64,000 nt of DNA from Chrysemys picta bellii (taxonomy: Eukaryota): NCBI RefSeq assembly GCF_011386835.1, contig NC_088791.1:100192001-100256000 (forward strand), in the 5' to 3' direction. Each line of letters starts with the position of its first letter. The first letter of the stretch is position 1. This document shows, in pieces, positions 59,620-64,000 of this stretch. The notes beneath the pieces are model-generated. The model was not told the origin of the DNA. It ran no database searches and saw nothing but the letters and a program-made list of their open reading frames with translations. Made by a program: the position numbers and the translations under genes.

Positions 59620-60200
59620 CGAGGGGAGGGGGCTGCTGGGGAGAACAGCCGAGCGCTCCCCTCCCCCATGCTTAATGCGCGTAGCTTACAACATAGCTCC
59701 CCCCCGCCAGGCTGCGGTTCCTCGCGCCCCCGGAGCTCGGGATGACGGTTGGCTGCGGCTCCTCGCGCTCAGCCCCTTCCGCTGGGGGGTTCCCCGCGAG
59801 CCGAGCTCACTGGCAGGTCCTGCCGCGGCTGCTGCGCACTCGCATCACGGGCCACATCATCAAGGGGCTGCCCGTGCCCGTGCCCGTGCCCTGCCCTCCT
59901 CTTCCCTTCGTGCGGGCTCCGCGCCTGCTCAGTGGGAGCGCCGCTCACCCTGCACGGGAGCTGTCACTGCTGCAGCCGGGTTGGTCCGGGCGAAGAGCGG
60001 GCAGCGATCGGCCATGGCGAGGGGCTGCGGGCTGCCGGCGCCACCATCGCCCAGGTAAGGGGGCATCGGGGGCGACAGGGTCCCTGAGGGGCAGGAGCGG
60101 AGCCGAGCACGGGCAGGAGAAGCCCGGGACCCGCCGCGGGGCGAGAGACGCGGCCGGGATCGGGGTCCGGGGAGGATGCTCCGAGCAGGAAAGTTTATAA
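59620..60200 (+). promoter_or_regulatory. CpG island with a first exon ending at donor CAG|GTAAGG (60054); probably the SLC41A2 5' end
   Basis: CpG-dense sequence and a consensus 5' splice site are seen directly. Identity is inferred only from recalled synteny (SLC41A2 lies head-to-head with C12orf45); no SLC41A2 coding sequence was recognised in the window. Confidence 0.5.
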
Positions 60201-60204
60201 ATAA

Positions 60205-60640
60205 GTGAATGAGAAGAACAACACAGCGCCCCCGACCCCCATCTGCTCCCCCCACCGCCCCTCCCCCATTCACAGCTCATACTCCCCCCACCGCTACCCA
60301 ATCTACTCCCCCCATAACCCCCCTTTACCCTCTCCCCCATCCGCCTCTCGTCTACTCCCCCTCCCCCATCCACCGCCCATCTACTCCCCCCTTTGCCCCC
60401 TTTCCCATCCCGCCTCTCATCTACTCTCCCTCCCCCATTCACCGCCCCTCTAGCTCTGTAAGCCCCTCCCTCATCCACTACCTATCTACCCCCACATCAT
60501 CCCCTTCCCCACACAGCCTGTCTACCCCCACCCTCCCATATCCACCACCGTCTACTCCACGTTGTCCCCCACATCCATCGCCCATCTACCCAACACAGCC
60601 TCCTCCCCTCATCCACCATCCCCTCCCCTCATCTACTACC
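60205..60640. repeat. C-rich degenerate minisatellite (about 10 copies of RTCTACYCC within CCCC runs)
   Basis: direct reading. Confidence 0.7.
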
Positions 60641-61459
60641 CGTTTTAAACCGAAGTATTGTTTAATACTAACAGTAGGAATAAACCATAAGAGAAAGGAT
60701 TTTAAAACAACAAAAGGTATGTTTGCATGTCTGTTTTACCTAGAGTCCTACCATTCCCATAGATGCCCTAAGCTGGCCTTGCTTTCCTACTCATCCCTAA
60801 CCTCTGAACTCTGAGTGTTAGTCTGTTTCCCTTAACTATCTTGCCCCCTGCTTGCAGGAGTGTGCCTTTTAAAAAACTAGTCCGAGTTCTTTGTTCGCTC
60901 AGTTTGCAGACTTTTTGGCTACACTAGTTCAAAACCAGATTGCTAGACTCAGTGGGAAGTTGAGCCTGTTCCCTCAGGGTCAGTTGCTCTCCCATTGTCC
61001 TGTAACAACCCTCCAGTGTTTGCTGGGGTGGGAGGGTCTTACTGAAAGTCATTGTTTTCACCTTCCTGTCGGTTTTCCAACAGCCCTGTTGATTTAGTCC
61101 AGTGTGCTCTTACAGTAACCATCCCAATGGACAGGTCAGGACAAATAGTAATTTACAAGCCTTAGTATGAATTACCGAGATTCTGCTATATATACACAAA
61201 AGAACAAAACAAAAAGAAATACACACATACAATCTGCTTGATCTTCTGACTCCTACAAAAATATGGGCCCAGTGAGTTTAAGGACTGTTGCATTACTTAG
61301 TGTATGAACTGGGGACATCAGATATCACTTTCACTTTCTAATATACTTGCTATAATTTAGATTTGATATAATGAAATCAGACAATTTTTATGACATTTGT
61401 CTTTAGCCATGGAAATGACTATATGATTGTATGCAATGTTATTATAGCCAGGTGGGTTC

Positions 61460-62267
61460 CAGAATAGGAGAGAGACAAGATAGGTGAGATAATATCTTTT
61501 ATTGGACTAACTTCTGTTTGTGTAAGGGAAAAGCTTGCAAGCTATACAGAGCTCTTCCTTAAGTCTGGGGAAGGTAACCAATGTGTCTATGTTAAATACA
61601 AGGTGGGATGAATTGTTAAGCATAAGGGGTCACACATGCTGTAGGACAGTGGTTCTCAACCAGGGTCAGGACCCCCTGAGGGGCCACGAGCAGGTTTAGG
61701 GGGTCCGGTCTGCCAAGCAGGGCCAGCATTAGACTCGCTGGGACCCCAAGCAGAAAGCCAAAGCCCCACCACCTGGGGCTGAAGCCTGAGCAGTGTAGCT
61801 TCGCAGGGGCTCCTGTTGCACGAAATTGCCCTGCTTGCTATCCCCTAATACGGGCCCTGGCTTTTATATGCAGAAAACCAGTTGTTGTGGCACAGGTGGG
61901 CTGAGGAGTTTTTTATAGCATGTTGGGGTGGGGTGGGGGGGGGCAGGAAGAGGGACAGAAAGAAAAAGGTTGAGAACCCCTGCTGTAGGAAACCATTTAA
62001 AATGAAGTGGGCAATTAAGGGTTAGCAGGCAGTAAAGGGTATTGCAAATTGTTGAAATGATCCATAAAACCAGGCTCTGTTAAGTCTGTGGTTTTTAGTA
62101 TTCCACAAAGTTAATAATTTAAGTTCCCAGGCTCGTCTTTTGAAGGTATTATGCAATTTTCCTTTGACGACAGAACTAAAAAGTCAGATATGGAGTGATC
62201 ACTTTGTGAAGTGTTCGCCGACAAGTGATATGAAATTTTTGTCTTCTGTCATTTTTCTGTGTGAGTT
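61460..62267 (-). mobile_element. Penelope-like element 3' fragment with GIY-YIG endonuclease C-terminal remnant
   Basis: - strand reads LVGEHF...KGKLHNTFKRRAWELKLLTLWNTKNHRLNR with stops; decayed hammerhead near 61526-61570. Confidence 0.65.
61647..61982. mobile_element. hAT (Charlie-type) MITE nested in the Penelope fragment
   Basis: TIR CAGTGGTTCTCAACC / GGTTGAGAACCCCTG, perfect 8-bp TSD CTGTAGGA. Confidence 0.9.
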
Positions 62268-64000
62268 CAGGTCCGGCCCACAATATTTTGGCACCTGAGG
62301 TGGGGAGCTCAAATGATGCCCCCATGCCCCCTCACTTGGGCCAAAACTTTGAAAGGTCTCAATTCTGCCTTCTTCCTGTTCTTCTCCTCTAGTGGTACTG
62401 CTCTGCTACCTACCCCAATAATGGAGAACTAACAACTTAAAATGCCTTGTTCAAAAATTTTAAGTAACACTTAACTTTCAAACGCCTGAACAGCAAACGT
62501 AACTTTTCTTGTCTCCATAGTAAACACTGGCATTTTTATCTGTTTGAATAATCAAAGTGATGCTTTCTGTGCCTTTTTGGTTGCAAAGATTTGAACTGCT
62601 TCCTGCTGAAGGTCCGGGCCATACAGTCTGGGCCAGCTCATGCTCTATTGAGATGGTTGCAAGGCCGACCAGCCTCTCCTGTGTCATTATGGAGCGTACA
62701 TGTGTTTTTATTAACTTCAGCTTGGTGAAGCTGCGTTCTCCACTGGCAACTGTTACAGGAAGTGTTAGAAGTATGCGCAGAGCAACAAAAGCATTTGGAA
62801 AGAGGGTGGTCATCTTATTTGTGCACATATATTCCAGAACTGCCTTTCAAGTTGATACTGCTGAAATGTATCTTGTAAGGGCTTTCAGTTCATCACCTAA
62901 ATCACTCACACCAATATCGCGTATGTCATCATCCGTCAACACTGTCTCTAGTGCCTGCATTTCTGGTGTAGGTCTTCTTCAGGTATATTGAGGAGTTTTG
63001 AAATATCATACAACATCCCAAATATACTGCTGTGTTCCTTGAGCTACATGAAACGTTCTTCAACTGACTGTATTGCACAATCTAGCACCTGGTTAAAGAA
63101 TTGAACTTTGAATTGTTGTTTGGGGTCTCTTATGGGATTATCCCGTGCCTTGTAATCAAAATGTCTTCTTCTTTGGTGACTCTTGTATTCTTGGGTGGGA
63201 AAACAGCTTCAGTGTGAAGTTCCTCTGCAAACTTCTGTGCACTCTTCAGAAAATTTTGAAATCCCTCATCTGACCGGTAAGACTGTAGGTATGACTTTGC
63301 TTTGACCAGTTGTTCCATTGCTCCAGATATATCAAGGTCAACACCTTGAAGTCTCTTGCTTACAACATTTATTTCAAACAGTATGTCATGCCACAACACT
63401 AAGCCACACAGAAATTTAAAGTTATCTGTATTTCTGGTGATTCCATTTCCCTCTGCCACTGTTCTTCCATGAACAGTTCCTGTCATAACATTATCCTCCG
63501 TAATGGCAACTATGGCATCATCTATCATCCCAATTTGGTGTTTGATAGGCTTTATCGCCTCCACTCGACTTTCCCATCGTGTGGCACTCAGTGGTTTCAG
63601 TGTCAGAGAGGATGTTCCCAGATGTTGCTACAAAATTTGCCATCAATGAGTTGATGCAGAGAAAAATACATAGATGCTTTGAATTACATTAAAAAATTCA
63701 GCAGCCCCACTAGAAGCTGATGGTGCATCACTGACCACCAAGTTCAATGAATGAAAACTGCATGGGACAAAAAAAGCTTGAGGGTTTAACTCTCGGATCC
63801 GTGTCTGCGCTCCTCTGTTCTTTTCTCTCATGTTGGCACCATTATCGTAGCCCTGACCTCTCACGTCAGCTATTGCAATTCCCATATCTTCCAGCTTTTT
63901 AAGAAGCACATTTGTCATACCAGCTCCTGTAGTATCATCAGTGTCAATAAATTCTAGAAAATGCTCTCTGACAGTCACCATTGCTGGGACATTTTCATTA
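62268..64000 (-). mobile_element. hAT transposon (Tip100/ZMYM-like) with disrupted transposase; runs off the window end
   Basis: ORF pieces 63643-63981 (RGQGYDNGANM, FFVPCSFHSLNL), 63130-63564 and 62478-62828 (LRILLTLPVTVASGERSFTKLKLIKT); terminus CAGGTCCGGC at 62268. Confidence 0.88.

Noticed and set aside
60209-60814. 201-aa Pro/Ser-rich ORF
   Set aside because: Translation of the C-rich minisatellite in an intron.
60210-64000. SLC41A2 coding exon
   Set aside because: No recognisable transporter-coding sequence; this region is intron-like, with Penelope and hAT insertions.

Overview
Vertebrate genomic DNA, most likely from a turtle: it carries a tRNA-headed SINE with a CR1 tail, plus Penelope, CR1, hAT and Harbinger repeats. 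The species cannot be called. Three genes are present. (1) ALDH1L2 (mitochondrial 10-formyl-THF dehydrogenase), + strand: 21 coding exons (3-23 by human numbering) from 3019 to the TAA at 38620. They total 2579 nt and splice into one intact frame; exons 1-2 lie upstream of the window. One intron has a GC donor (25611). (2) NOPCHAP1/C12orf45, - strand: 4 coding exons (51884-51815, 49729-49643, 47801-47665, 41898-41713), 159 aa, tail-to-tail with ALDH1L2. (3) A CpG-island first exon on + ending at a strong donor at 60054, probably SLC41A2, inferred from remembered synteny only. Introns and intergenic DNA hold solo LTRs with 5-bp TSDs, hAT MITEs with 8-bp TSDs, TA-flanked Tc1/mariner MITEs, Harbinger MITEs, CR1 fragments, two decayed hAT transposases and several nested insertions. 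Best second-look items: Penelope-derived minimal hammerhead-ribozyme folds (13568-13607 +, 33034-33073 -), an Asp-to-His change two residues after the ALDH1L2 phosphopantetheine serine, the GC-AG intron, back-to-back poly(A) signals between the convergent genes, and a hAT transposase sharing its terminus with young MITEs. All identifications come from reading the sequence and recalled homologues; no searches were run. I found no wholly new gene system. The long GC-rich ORFs in the ORF track are artefacts of repeats and CpG islands.
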